Shown: positions 9,764-21,691, counted from the first letter of the whole stretch. The stretch is DNA of 63,024 bases, filler included, from Malassezia furfur (GCA_052055015.1; 10 parts of 10 records of this genome joined end to end with filler, not necessarily neighbours in it); one strand, 5' to 3'. Program-made: numbers and translations. Notes: a model not told the origin generated them from the sequence alone.

Positions 9764-12604
9764 ATGCTCCACGGCCTGGGGCTGCTGCGGCAGCAGTACG
9801 AGAAGTTTGCGGCGAATGCAGTGCCGACGCCCGAGAAGACGGTGCAGGTTCTCGCGCAGAAGCTCGGCGATGGCGCGCTCACGCGCGAGGACCGACGCGC
9901 CGCGCTGCTCTCGCTCAAGGCGCTGACGCGCGACCATGCGAGGACGGTGCGCACCCACGCGCTCGTGCCGCTCTTGCGCTGGATCAAGGCGCCCGAGCCG
10001 GACGAAGAGATGCTTCGTGCGGCAGTTGAGACGTGTCTCGCGCTGTGCCAGTCGCCGACCGACAAGGGCGCACAGCAGCAGCTGCTCGACGAGCCCGATG
10101 CGATGCTCGGCCTGCTCGGCCTGCTGGCGCCGACGCACGCGTTCTACACGCGCTTCGCCGTGCTCCAGCTGCTCGCCGTGCTCCTCGAGCAGCACCGCGC
10201 CGAGGTACAGGACCGCGTGCTTGCCGCGCCGGGCGGGTGCAGTGCGGTGCTGCAGTGTCTGGACGCGGCGCCCACGTCGAGCACCGAGATCATCCGGAAC
10301 GAGGCGCTGCTCTTGCTGCCCTCGCTGGTGCAAGGCAGTGTTGACATCCAAAAGATCATCGCGTTTGAGGGCGCGTTCGAGCGCCTGCTCGACATTGTCG
10401 CGCAAGAGGGGCGCATCGAGGGCGGCGTCGTCGTGCAGGATGCGCTGACGGCGCTCGAGGCGCTGCTGCGCGACAACGCGTCAAACCAGAACTACTTCCG
10501 CGAGACGCTCTCGATCCCGCTCCTGGCCCCGCTCCTCTTTTTCCCGCCGCCGCTGCCGGCCGACGCCAACGAGGTGGCTCGGCACGAGTATGCACAGCAG
10601 CGCGACGCTTTCCTGCTCCAAGAGTGGGACGAGGAGAAGCTTGCGAATGCGCTGCTGCTCGTGCAGTGCACGCGGCACCTCGTCGAGGGCCATGGTGATG
10701 ACCACCGCGAGAACCAGCGCGCGATGGCACACGGCGGCCTGACCGAGTGCCTGGTACAGCTCGCGTTTGCGAGCTTGGCGCCGCCCCTGCTCAAGGCACA
10801 CACGCTCCTGCTCCTTGCCGCGATCGTGCGCGGCTCGCGGCAGAACCAGGACCTGCTGCGCACCGCCGTAGTGACGCCCGTGGCGCTCGTGCGCCGCGAT
10901 GTGCCGAGCGATGCGCCCCCGGCAGAGCCCGCGTACGAACTGGCGTGGCAGGCGCCGCAGCCCGCGATGATGTGCCTGATTGCGCTCGCGCTGCGTGGCC
11001 CCGGCGCCACCGACGCGGCGACGCAGGCGCTCGCGGTGCGTGCGGCGGCGCTCGCGGCGTTTGACGCGCTCGTTGCGCAGAACATCGACGTACGTATGAC
11101 GGTGCTGCACGCGTGCGTTGCGGCGCCTGCGCCCGACCAGAACCACGGCAACGCCAACGGCCTGCTGCTCGACACGATCGCGCACCTGCCAAGCACGTCG
11201 CTCGTGTCCTCGACGGAGCACACGCGCTTCGATGCGTCGCAGTACCTGTTTGCGTGTCTGATGCTCAGCAGTCTGCTGCACGGCAGCGACACGACCAAGG
11301 AGTTTGCGCGCCGCATCCACCTCGACGACACAGGGCGCTGCGTCGCCACGGCCACGCTCGAGACGCGCCCGGGCGACGACCCGCCGACGACGCTGCTGCA
11401 CCTCATCGTGGGCAACGTGGCGATGGCCACGCGCGAGCTCGGCGAGGCCGTGCGCCGCGAACGCGCGGCGGCCGCGGACGCCACGGCGAACACGTCCGAG
11501 GACTGGACGCGCGTGCTGGTCGGCTACTTTGTGCTGCTGTGCCACTGGCTCTGGCAGAGCCCAGAGACGGTCGCGGACCTCGTGAGCGAGAGTGCCAACC
11601 TGCAGGTGGTGCTGCAGCCCGTGGCGCAGTCGCACGGCGTCGACCCGCTCATCCAGGGCCTCGCGGCGTTTGTGCTCGGCGAGCTGTACGAGTTCAACCC
11701 GCTCACCTCCGACGAGGACGGCGTGCTGACGCGGCGTGCGATGCACCCCATCCTGCACACGCGCGTCGGCGCCGATGCGTTTGCGACGCGCCTCGTGCGT
11801 CTGAAGAGCGACGCGCGCTTCGCCGACGTCGTGCCAGACGTGCTTGAGCAGCTCGTCGCGCGCGCCGACCACCCGGCCGATGCGCCGCAGGGCGCCGTGC
11901 CCACCGTGTGGTTCTCGTGGCTGTTTGTCGAGTTCTGGAAGGAGCACTACGTCCACGTGCAAAAGGCGATCCTCGTCGAGCCGGACGCGACCTCGGCTGA
12001 CGCCGCACAGACCTCGGCAGAGCTCCTCGACGCGCGGCAGCAGGTCGCCACACTCCAGGCCGAGCTGCAGCACGCCAAGACCGAGGCGGCGCTCGTCGAG
12101 GGCCTGCGCGCCGAGCTTGCCAAGGCGCACGACGAGGCGGCGCAGACCGCGACGCTGCGTGAGCAGTTGCACGCCGTGCGCAGCGTGCTCGACACCACCA
12201 AGCAGGCGCTCGAAGAGGCACAGCAGGCGCTTCAGGCGCAGCGCTCCAGCGCGCCCACCGACGACACGCGTGTCCAGACGCTCGAGGCCGAGCTCGCCCA
12301 CACGCGCGATGAGTACAGCCACATTGCGCAGCGCGTCAAGGCCGAGCTGCAGCGCGTGCGCGACGAGCACACCGACACGCAGCAGCGCCTCGACGCGCGC
12401 GTCGCCGAGCTGCAGCAGCTCGAGGCGAAGCGCGCCGAAGAGCTGCAGCGCGTGCGCGACGCACACGCCGCCGAGACGAGCCAGCTGCGCGATGCACACG
12501 CCGCCGAGATCGCCGCTCTGCGCGACGCGCACGCCGCCGAGACGAGCCGGCTGCGCAAGCAGATGGCGCAGAGTGGGCTGCCGCGCATCATGGACAAGAT
12601 GCGC
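9764..12604 (+). CDS. USO1: Uso1/p115 vesicle tethering factor; 3' truncated
   Basis: EIIRNEALLLL, IQKIIAFEGAFERL, NASNQNYFRE head motifs followed by coiled coil. Confidence 0.92.
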
Positions 12605-12704
12605 NNNNNNNNNNNNNNNNNNNNNNNNNNNNNNNNNNNNNNNNNNNNTTAATTAATTAANNNNNNNNNNNNNNNNNNNNNNNNNNNNNNNNNNNNNNNN
12701 NNNN
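12605..12704. other. Artificial contig spacer
   Basis: N44-TTAATTAATTAA-N44. Confidence 0.98.
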
Positions 12705-13351
12705 CGCTCCTTGTGCCGGTGCTCGTGGCGCTCGTGCCGCTCGCGGCGCTTGCGCTTCTTCTCCTCGGCAAAGTACGCGGCCATCGGGTCCGATAGGTCG
12801 ATGTCGTCGTCCGCGTCCGCGTCGTCTGCGTCAGTGTATCACGTACCGTCGACGATGGTCTCGGGCGGCGCACAGTTGAACGTCTGCTCGTCGGGCTCGA
12901 CGAGGTTCCCGTCCGCATCCGGGACACGCTCGGGCTTGTAGTTCAGCACATGGTCGACACGCAGCGTGCGGCCCAGCACCTGTGCGCCGTTCAGGTTGTC
13001 CACGGCGAGGATCGTCGACCGCTGGTCCTCGTACATGAGGAAGCCAAAACCGCGGTGCTTTGGCCGGCGCTCCGCCTCCGCCTCCGGCGGCCGCGCGCGC
13101 CCGCGGTCGTCGCGGGGCGCATCGTCGGGCGGCCGCGGCAGATGGATGTTGACCACCTCGCCGAACTGCGAAAAGATCGTGATCACGTCGCCCTCGGTCA
13201 CGTCGTACGGAAGCCCGCCCACATAGATGTACGCCGAGTCTGCGTCAGCACGCCACGCACCCTTGTACTGCTCGTGCCACGACCCGGACCCCACGAGCCC
13301 CAGCTCGAGCTCCTGCTCGTTGCGCCGCTGGATATCGCGGATCGAGTTCAT
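12705..13351 (-). CDS. IST3: RES-complex RRM splicing factor Ist3/Snu17/RBMX2; 3' truncated
   Basis: SWHEQYKDSAYIYVGGL after splicing, and GFLMYEDQRSTILAVDNLNG..VLGRTLRVDHV. Two 21-nt introns: 13240-13260 and 12826-12846. Confidence 0.93.
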
Positions 13352-13399
13352 CGAAAAGCCACGTGGCCACCCGCCGGGTCGGCACGCACGGCCATCGCA

Positions 13400-14608
13400 A
13401 TGCCGTCCGACACGAGCTACTGGATCGTGAGTGCGCCCGTGCAGGAGGAGAAGAGCGCGGAGCAGATGCAGAAGGACCTTGCGCAGCGTCTCGTGCGTGA
13501 CGGGGCGCTCGACGCGTCCGATATCGCGCCGATGCCGCTCCCCGCGCTCAAGACGGGCACCCTCGAGACGCTCATTTCGCTGTCCGAGGACCTGCCGCGC
13601 ACCGACGCCTTCTTTGAGTCGGTGGTGACGAGGATCGTCGACGCGCTGCGCTCGCTCTTCAACGACGACGTGCAGGCGATGAACGAGCACATGGTCGTCG
13701 AGGACGAGGGCGTCGACGACTATCTGCTCCACTGGCACTGGAACGCCAGCAAGTACCGCGCGGACCGCCCGCTGCCGGACCTCATCGAGGCGTTCACGCG
13801 CGAGATGCAGACCGTCGACAACATCATGAAGCAAAAGATCAACAACTACAACCTCGCCAAGGGGCAGCTCCAGCAGCTCGAGCGCAAGAAGCAGTACGTC
13901 GTCTCCGACTGACCCAGCGGCAACCTCTCGATGTGCTCCCTCGCCGACATCGTGCACAAGGACGACGTCGTGGACGCAAGCTCCGACTTCCTCGTGACGC
14001 TCCTCGTCGTCGTGCCCAAGACGCAAAAGGCGACGTGGCTCGACAAGTACGAGCGGCTCACGCCGATGGTCGTCCCGCGCTCCTCCTCGGAGCTCGCGCA
14101 GGACGACGAGTACGCGTTGTTCAACGTCACCGTCTTTAAGAAGGTCGAGCAGGAGTTCGTGCAAAAGGCGCGCGAGAACAAGTTCCAGGTGCGCGACTTT
14201 ACCTACGACGAAGAACAGCTCGAGCGCGAGCGCCGCGAGCTCGACGAGGCCGGCGCCTCGGAGAAGGAGCTCTGGACGGAGCTCGTGCGCCTCGCGCGCG
14301 TCAACTTCGGCGAGGCGTTCCAGGCGCTGATCCACTACCGCGCCGTGCGCACCTTTATCGAGAGCGTCCTGCGCTTTGGCCTCCCGCCCAACTACGCCGT
14401 GTCGCTCCTTCGGCCGAACGCCCGGCGCACCAAGCAGCTGCTCAAGTCGCTCGTCAGCGAGTACGCGTACCTCGACGAGTACCTCGGCAAGGAGCGCACC
14501 GCCAAGGACAGCGCACCCACGCAGGAGACGCCGGGCGAGTTCGCCAACCTGCTCGAACAGGAGGTGTACCCGTTCGTGCTCACCGAACAGCCCATGATCC
14601 TCGTGTAG
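13400..14608 (+). CDS. VMA5: V-ATPase V1 subunit C
   Basis: LKTGTLETLISLSEDL, YERLTPMVVPRSS, FIESVLRFGLP. 24-nt intron 13894-13917. Confidence 0.95.
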
Positions 14609-14610
14609 CG

Positions 14611-15564
14611 CTACGGCCATACCTGTACCCCTTGCTCGTCCCGCACCTCGCGTACGTAGGCCAACGGCAGCGCACCCTCGCGCCCACTCGTCAGCACCAC
14701 GCCGTTCGCCGACACCCAGAACGGCACGCCGTCGGCCAGCGCACGGTCCACATCCACCCACACCAGCCGCGTGCTCGTCGCGCGCATGCCGCTGATCACA
14801 CCCGACGCGCCTGGCAGGCCGCGCGCAAGGTGGATGTGGTTGCGGCCCATCGTCTTCAGCGCCCCGCTCGCGAGGATCGCCGTCCACGCCGGCGCCGTCG
14901 TGCCGTGGATCGCATAGTGGTAGCCATCCACCGCCGACAGGTGCGCGCCCACCGTCTCGGGCGTGAGCGGCGTCAGGTCCAGCTCGGTCACGCTCGCCAG
15001 CGAGTGGCCTTGCACGGCACGCACCCACAGCACGTCGCCGGGGCCCTCGGGGCCCTCGGCCGTCCCACTGGCCAGCGCAAAGCGCTGCTTGTCGCTCGCA
15101 CGCACCATCTCGCGCACGTCGTCCGCGTTCGGCGCACGCGTCGCGCCGTCCTCGGCGGGCATCGCAATCTTTTGCAGCTTGGGGCGCGCAAGGATCGCAT
15201 CCACGCGGAGGTACCCGTCGGGGCGCATCGCCAGAAACTCTTTTTCGGCGCCGTGCCGCAGCATGTACGCAAACGCTTTGGACAGCTGCACCATCGGCGA
15301 GGCTTCGCGCGGCGGGCGACTCGCCTTGGGCTTGTCGGACGCAGGCGCGGGGGGCGCCTGCTTCTTCTGCTGCGCCTGCAGCTTGCGCTCTTTCTTCCAC
15401 TGCTTCGCCTGCTCGCGCGAGCGCTCGGCAGGTGCGGGGGCCGCAGCACTCGGCGTGGCGCTCGGCGCGGCGCTCGGTGGTGCGGCGCTCGGAGCGGGGC
15501 GCGGCACGTCGCCGCTGGCGGGGGGAGCGGCGCTCGCTGCGTCGGTCCGTGGTGGATCGTCCAT
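14611..15564 (-). CDS. TPT1: tRNA 2'-phosphotransferase Tpt1/KptA
   Basis: YMLRHGA, DKQRF, RAVQGHS, HGT, MGRNHIH, SGMR, SANGVVLT. Confidence 0.95.
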   Translation of the reverse strand: MDDPPRTDAASAAPPASGDVPRPAPSAAPPSAAPSATPSAAAPAPAERSREQAKQWKKERKLQAQQKKQAPPAPASDKPKASRPPREASPMVQLSKAFAYMLRHGAEKEFLAMRPDGYLRVDAILARPKLQKIAMPAEDGATRAPNADDVREMVRASDKQRFALASGTAEGPEGPGDVLWVRAVQGHSLASVTELDLTPLTPETVGAHLSAVDGYHYAIHGTTAPAWTAILASGALKTMGRNHIHLARGLPGASGVISGMRATSTRLVWVDVDRALADGVPFWVSANGVVLTSGREGALPLAYVREVRDEQGVQVWP

Positions 15565-15721
15565 GGTGCCTCCACAAGAAGAATTCGCGCGAATTTCGCC
15601 AACCGAGCTGCTTGGGCGCCCGGCGCCTCGGCGGCTCGGCGTGCGTCGGCGCCCCTCGCTGCCTCGTCCATAGATCGTACAGGCTACCCATGCTACCGAG
15701 TCCTTCACGGCTCCAAGGCCA

Positions 15722-16558
15722 CTACGCTGCGTGCCGCCGGCGCCACAGCTGGAACTGGATCGCATTGCTCTTGTCGTCCAGCAGCTGGCACACGCGTGCG
15801 GCATGCGCGGCCTGCGCGAAAAACGCACGGTGCTCGTGGGCGGGAGCCTGCCGCCACACCGCGGCCTCGTCTACCTCGTCGGCACACACGCGCTCGTCGG
15901 TCGGCAGCGCGCGCAGGCACTCTTCGGCCACCTGTGCCTCCCACGCGCGCTGCTTCGGCGTGCGGAACTCGGCGAGGAACACGTCGCACGCGTCGTACGG
16001 CTCGACCGGCGCAAAGATGCGCGTCACCAGCAGGCTGTCGAGCGTCCAGTCGGCGCTCGTGTGCGTCAGCACGTAGCGGTACAGCGCCGCGCCGCCGATC
16101 ACAAACGTGTGCCCCAGCGCGGCGCCGCTGCTCCCCTCGACGTACCGTGCGAGGCGCCGCTGCTGCAGCAGGGCCACGGCGTCCTCGAACGACGGCACGA
16201 CCACCGTGTCGGGGTCCGGCGCGCCGAGGCCCAGGTCGGCCTGCGACAGGGTCGTACTGACCACGACGTTGATGCGGTCGGTTAGCGGGCGGAACCGCGG
16301 CGGGATGCTGTCCCACGTGTGGCGCCCCATGATCACGGCGTTCTTCACGCGCACGTCCGCGCGGCGCGTGTACCCCGCGGCGGCCATCGCCGCGTCGTCG
16401 TGCGGCGTGTCGACGACGTGGCTCGTCGCGGCGCGGAAGTACGCCATGTCCTTGGGGAGGCGCCAGGGCAGCGTGCCCGACACCCCGATGCCGTTGTGCA
16501 TGCTCGCCGCCACGACGATCGTCGTGCGCAGCGGGCCGAGCGTCGCGGTCGCGGCCAT
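15722..16558 (-). CDS. DFR1: Dihydrofolate reductase
   Basis: GIGVSGTLPWRLPKDMAYF, NAVIMGRHTWDSIP..FRPL..RINVV, FVIGGAALY. Confidence 0.95.
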   Translation of the reverse strand: MAATATLGPLRTTIVVAASMHNGIGVSGTLPWRLPKDMAYFRAATSHVVDTPHDDAAMAAAGYTRRADVRVKNAVIMGRHTWDSIPPRFRPLTDRINVVVSTTLSQADLGLGAPDPDTVVVPSFEDAVALLQQRRLARYVEGSSGAALGHTFVIGGAALYRYVLTHTSADWTLDSLLVTRIFAPVEPYDACDVFLAEFRTPKQRAWEAQVAEECLRALPTDERVCADEVDEAAVWRQAPAHEHRAFFAQAAHAARVCQLLDDKSNAIQFQLWRRRHAA

Positions 16559-16638
16559 GGTCGCGCGCGTGGAGCTACAAAGGGGCGCCTACATAATGGG
16601 CCGCACGTGGTACATCTTGGCTAAGCGGGTCAGTGACG

Positions 16639-18935
16639 TCACGACGTACTCTGCGGCTGCGTGTCGGTGCGCTCGTTGACCGCGGGCAGCGCGTACATGT
16701 TGACCTTGCGCGTGCCCTCGTCGATCAGCCCCTGCACCGCGTCGGTCGCCGGCGGGCCTGCGCGGCCGCCGCCCGCGGCCTTTTTCGCCTCCTTCTGCTT
16801 GGCCTTCTCGGCCTTCTCGGCGGCCTTTTTCGCGCGCGCGGCGGCGGCGGCGGCCTTCTTCTCCGCGGGGTTCTCGTCCGGGGCCGCCTTGCTCGCGCTC
16901 GACGCCGCGCGGCCGTCTGGGATGCGGATGAACACGCGGCGGCCGTTGGGGCCCTGCACCTGGTCGAGGATGAAGTAGCCCTTGCGCTCGAACTGGATCG
17001 CGTCGCCCTCGGCGAGCGCCGCGACGTTGGCGTCGGCGAGCGCCTCGGTGGTGAAGCGCGTCTGCGGCGAGAGGAAGTCGGTGAACTTGTCGTCCTCCTC
17101 GAGCTTCTTCTTGGTGATCAGGTAGTCAAAGTCCTCCAGCACCACGGGCGTCAGGTGGCGCGTCGCGTTCGGCTGCGCGAGCCACGTCACCTTCTTCTTC
17201 GTGGCCTTGAAGTCCCCGTCGAGGTTCGCCTCGAGGTCGAGCGCGGCGACGGAGCCGTCGGCCGCGAGGTGCTTCTTGCGCACGATCGCGTTGCCCCAGT
17301 CCATCAGCGTGATCTCCTCGTTGTCGCCGAACGACGCGGCGTCCGCCTGCTCGATAAAGATCGCCGCGTCAAACACGGTCGTCTTGGTGCCGAGCTTGGG
17401 GTTCTTCTTGTGGCGCGGCACCTGGCGCTCCTCGGCGGGCGGCGCGTTGGCCAGCGTCGCGGGCACGAGCTTCGCCTCGTCGAGCGCCACGTAGCGCGGC
17501 ACCACGGGGTCGAGCAGGCGCTTGTTGAGCGCCCACACGTTGTCCCACTCCATGTTGACGATCTGCTGCGAGGGGCCCTGCGACAGGATAAACTGGCGGA
17601 TCGTGTCAATGGTCATGCCGCGCCGGCGGATGCCGCGCACCGTCGGGAAGCGCGGGTCGTCCCAGCCGGGCACCACGCCGTGGTCCACAAACCACTGCAG
17701 CTTGCGCTTCGACAGCAGCGTGTACACAAAGTTGAGGCGGCCGTAGTCCCAAATGTCCACGTGGCGCAGGCCGAGCTTCTCGAGGAACCACTGGTACTGC
17801 GGGTTGCGGTCGTGGTACTCGTTCGTGCGCAGCGCGTGCGTGATGCCCTCGAGGCTGTCCACCACGGGGCAGCAGAAGTCGTACGTGGGGTACGCCTTCC
17901 ACGTGGTGCCCGTGCGCGCGTGCGGCGTATCGACGTTGCACCGGTAGATCACCGGGTCGCGCATCGCCTTGTTGGGGTTGTCCACGCTCATCTTGGCGCG
18001 CAGGCACCACTGGCACCCCTCGTCGGTGCCGCGGCACATCTCCGCGAAGCGCGCGAGGTTCTCCTCGACGCTCGCGTCGCGCCGCTTGCTCGGCAGGCCG
18101 TCCATGCGCTGGGCACGCATCTCCTCCTGCGGCGTGTCGTCCGCGTACGCATCGCCCTGCTGGATCAGGCGCACCGCCAGGTCGTGCAGCTCCGTAAAGT
18201 AGTCCGACGTGTGCGTCACCACGTCGCCCGTGATGCCGAGCAGCTTGAGGTCCTCGAGGATCGAGTCCTCAAACTCCTGCTTCTCCTTGCTGGGGTTCGT
18301 GTCGTCGAAGCGCACCACCAGCTTGCCCTTGTACGCCTGCGCAAAGTACTGGTTCAGAATCGCGGCCTTGGCGTGGCCGACGTGCAGGTAGCCGGACGGC
18401 TCGGGCGGGAACCGCGTCACCACCTCGCCCTCCTTCGCACCCTTCAGGAAGAGGTCAAAGCCCGCGGCCGTCTTCTTCTCCTTGAACATGGTGCTCTTGG
18501 CCTGCGTCATGGCGGCCACCGCCGACGAAAACGCAGGCAGCGCATCGAGGTGGGCGTACCAGCGCGCAAGGTGCGTGTGCGCGTGCTTCTTGATGATGCC
18601 CAGCAGCGGCGACGAGGAGCGGATCGCGCCCCAGATCGCCACGTCGGCCGCCGTCACGCGGTGGCCCACCAGATAGGTGCGCAGCGCCAGGTGCTGATCG
18701 AGGTCGTCGGCGCGCTGCGTCGCCTCCTGGAACGGCGCGGCGGCCAGCGTGTCCGACTGCACCACAAACGCGTCCACCGCGCCGCGCTCCGCGTCGCTGC
18801 CCGCCAGGCCGAGCGGCGCATACAGCGCGGTGAGCGCCTGCAGCACCGCCAGGCCGCCCTCGACGCGGCGGCCGTCGGCCAGCGTCGCGGCGGGGCCCTC
18901 GTTCACTGCATAGTCCAGCTTGACGTCCTTGTTTC
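16639..18935 (-). CDS. GUS1: Cytosolic glutamyl-tRNA synthetase; 5' truncated
   Basis: GST-like N-domain, RFPPEPSGYLHVGH, LSKRKL, QFERKGYF; frame open to the contig end. Confidence 0.96.
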
Positions 18936-19035
18936 NNNNNNNNNNNNNNNNNNNNNNNNNNNNNNNNNNNNNNNNNNNNTTAATTAATTAANNNNNNNNN
19001 NNNNNNNNNNNNNNNNNNNNNNNNNNNNNNNNNNN
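18936..19035. other. Artificial contig spacer
   Basis: N44-TTAATTAATTAA-N44. Confidence 0.98.
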
Positions 19036-21118
19036 CGGGCACATGGCCCGGGCGCACGAGCGGCTCGGGCGGCTCGTCGCGCTCGCGCTCGCGTTCTTCG
19101 CCGCCGTGCGACTCGTCGCCGACCGGGCCCGGTGACGGGGGAAGCGCGCTGGACGGGGCGGGCGTGCGCATCGGCTGGAACTCCTGACTCGGCGGCATGG
19201 CCAGCTGCGCACTGCGCTTCGATCCCAGCTCCTTGCGCGGCGTCAGCAGACGCAGGTCGCGTGCCGACGGCGTCGACTTGAAGCCGGCGTAGGTGCCCGA
19301 CTCCAGCAGCGTACCCCACGCGGGGTCGACGCGGCGACGCGGCATGCTTGCGGCCGTCTTGCTGGCGTTGATCATGCTCTTGGAGCGGCTCGTCGAAAGT
19401 TTCATGCGCGTGCCGCCCGCATCGCTCGCGGCCGACGTCTGCGCGTTGAGCGCGCGGTAGTGCGCGGGCGCACTGCCGTCCAAATCGGCCTGCGCGACGC
19501 GGTCCAGGTCGCGCTTGTGGGGGGGAAAGAAGGGTGTGTTGCGGTTGATACTCGCGGCCGCACGCTCGCTGCCGTTCATGGACTCGTGCACCTTTTCGTC
19601 CAGCGCCTCGAACACGCTCGGCATCGAGAGGTCGTCGGGCGGCGCATAGGCGACGTTGCCCTCCTCTTGCTGCTCGCGCAGCCACGCCGGCAAGATGCCG
19701 TGGTGCCGCCCTAGGTACGACGGCGTCGGGGCAATCGTGGGACCCAGCCCGGCATACTGCACACCGCTCATGTCGGCTGCGTCGCCGTTGTTTGGCCGGG
19801 CCTCTTGCGCAAGGAAGCTCGACATCTTGTTGATGGAGTGTGTGCGCCGCTTCGAATGCGCCTGCGGCGGCGCCTCTTGCCCGGTCAGCAGCCGCGGCTT
19901 GTCACGCTCCACCTGGCCGCTCGACGAGGAGAGCACGGTAAAGGTCTTGGGGCGCAGCGCTTGTCGCGACGCTTTTTTCATCTCGCTCCGTGCATTGAGG
20001 GACGCCTGAATCAGCGGGCTGACCTGCGGCAGCGTCTGCGGTTGCGGCGCCGACGGCCGGTCAAACGACGGACGCGTCGTGAGCAGGTGCGGCGAGTCCG
20101 GCGCACGCAGCGAGGCACGCGACGGCTGGTGCAGCGTCTCGGCGTCGTCCGCACCTGTCATGGTCCCCGACACGCTTGGATGCCGCTCAAGGGTGCCGGG
20201 CGGCGGAGGCAGCGTCGTCGGGCGGGCCAACACCGGCTTGGGACGCACGACTTTGGGACTCGACCGCGTCTCGGACGCCTGGTCCATGCGTGCTTCGTCG
20301 TCGGGCAACTGCCGAGGCGGCGCCCTGGGGATATCCATCAGCATCGGCTGCGGTAACAGCGGCGGCGAAGGCCGCGTCGCCGGCTTGGGGACGTCGGTCG
20401 CCGTGCTGCTAACGCGCGACGAGCTGTGGTGCGGACGCCGCCGCCGCGACTCGGGCGGGCGCGTCTGCAGAAAGATGAGGTCTTTGTCGATCATGCGGCC
20501 CTGCTGCGCCCACGACGCGAGACGCAGCATAGCGAAAAAGTGACCAGGCGTAAGACCAAGCGGGAGCCGCTCAAACAGCGACATGATCTTGACCTCGTCA
20601 TCCACGGTGATGCCAAACTAGTTGCGCAAGAACTTGACCGCGGCGTGCTCGTCTAGCAGCCCGCGCCGGCGCGTGTGCGCTGGCTTGATGCGCTCGACCC
20701 ACCGCCCAAACTGTACATATTCCTGGGGGCTCAGGGCCGAGACATCCAGCATGCTCGGGCGCTCCGCCTGCGCCATGCGGATCTGCGTAAGGGGTGACGA
20801 CATGGTTGGTATCTGCTGCGGTGTCGTCTGGCCGGTCAACACAGTATCGTTCGTCTTCCACGAGGTGAACGAGTTGGACGTCGTGCGCGAGTGCATCGAG
20901 CCGGACGGCGGGTTCATCGACGCGTGCACATACACGGACGGTGTCGTAGGCGCCGGCACGGAGTTCACTGGCTCGTTCCAGTAGTACGAGTGCTTCTTCG
21001 CGCTCGATTTGCGCGGCTGGCGTGCGTGGATCTCGCGTGCGGCTTGTAGATCCTGCGAGGCTTTAGCTTCTAGCGCAGGTACGGCATCTGCGCCCGAGAG
21101 CGGGACCTCGTCGGCCAT
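19036..21118 (-). CDS. Hypothetical, mostly low-complexity protein with a small EH-like helical region; interrupted by one in-frame TAG at 20618-20620; 3' truncated
   Basis: ORFs 20618-21136 and 18980-20605 are in the same frame: ...AVKFLRN*FGITVDDEVKIMSLFE...LTPGHFFAMLRL. Confidence 0.65.
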
Positions 21119-21691
21119 CGAGGTACACGTACTCACGGCCTAGGCTGACAGATTGAGACGCGTGCCAGGGCAGTGACAGGGCAAGCGGGGTCTATCAATC
21201 AAACAAGACAGACCGCCGTCGGTTCGCTCCAGGGGCCGCGGTCGCCACAATCGGGGCCCATTCGATCACGTGGGCATGCCGGGACGCCGCACGGCTGTCC
21301 TATCGGGACGCAGGTCCCGATGATTTGGGCCCGTTCGCGATAGTGTCCGTGGACCTGGCCACCCACCGCTCGCCGTGGACGCCGCGCGCGGTGCGCTGCT
21401 CCCAGTGGCAATCGGGTGTCGGCCGGGTGGGGAAAGAGGCAGGCCGATCCGTGGCGATGCGCGTCGCGTCGTACGTCGATCCGCCGATCCTCTTCGTGGC
21501 AAAATTCGCGCACGGCCGCACGCCCTCTTCGTGCACACCTAGCCACTGCACGGCATCGTTAGAGGCCCACTGTACGCCACGCACACCTCGTGCACGCTCC
21601 GTCGCCGTGTGCTGCCAGTGCGGCGCGCGATCCATAGCGTCTTCATAGCACGTGACTCGACGCGTGGGGTGGTTGCTTTCGACGTGTTGCG

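Noticed and set aside
15582..15595. 14-bp perfect palindrome AATTCGCGCGAATT just upstream of TPT1
   Set aside because: Single occurrence; it could be a binding site but cannot be told from chance here.
12839..15691. 950-aa ORF suggesting a large fusion ending in an RRM
   Set aside because: Only the last ~170 aa (IST3, from ATG 13351) are real; the rest is an off-frame or antisense read of TPT1 and VMA5.
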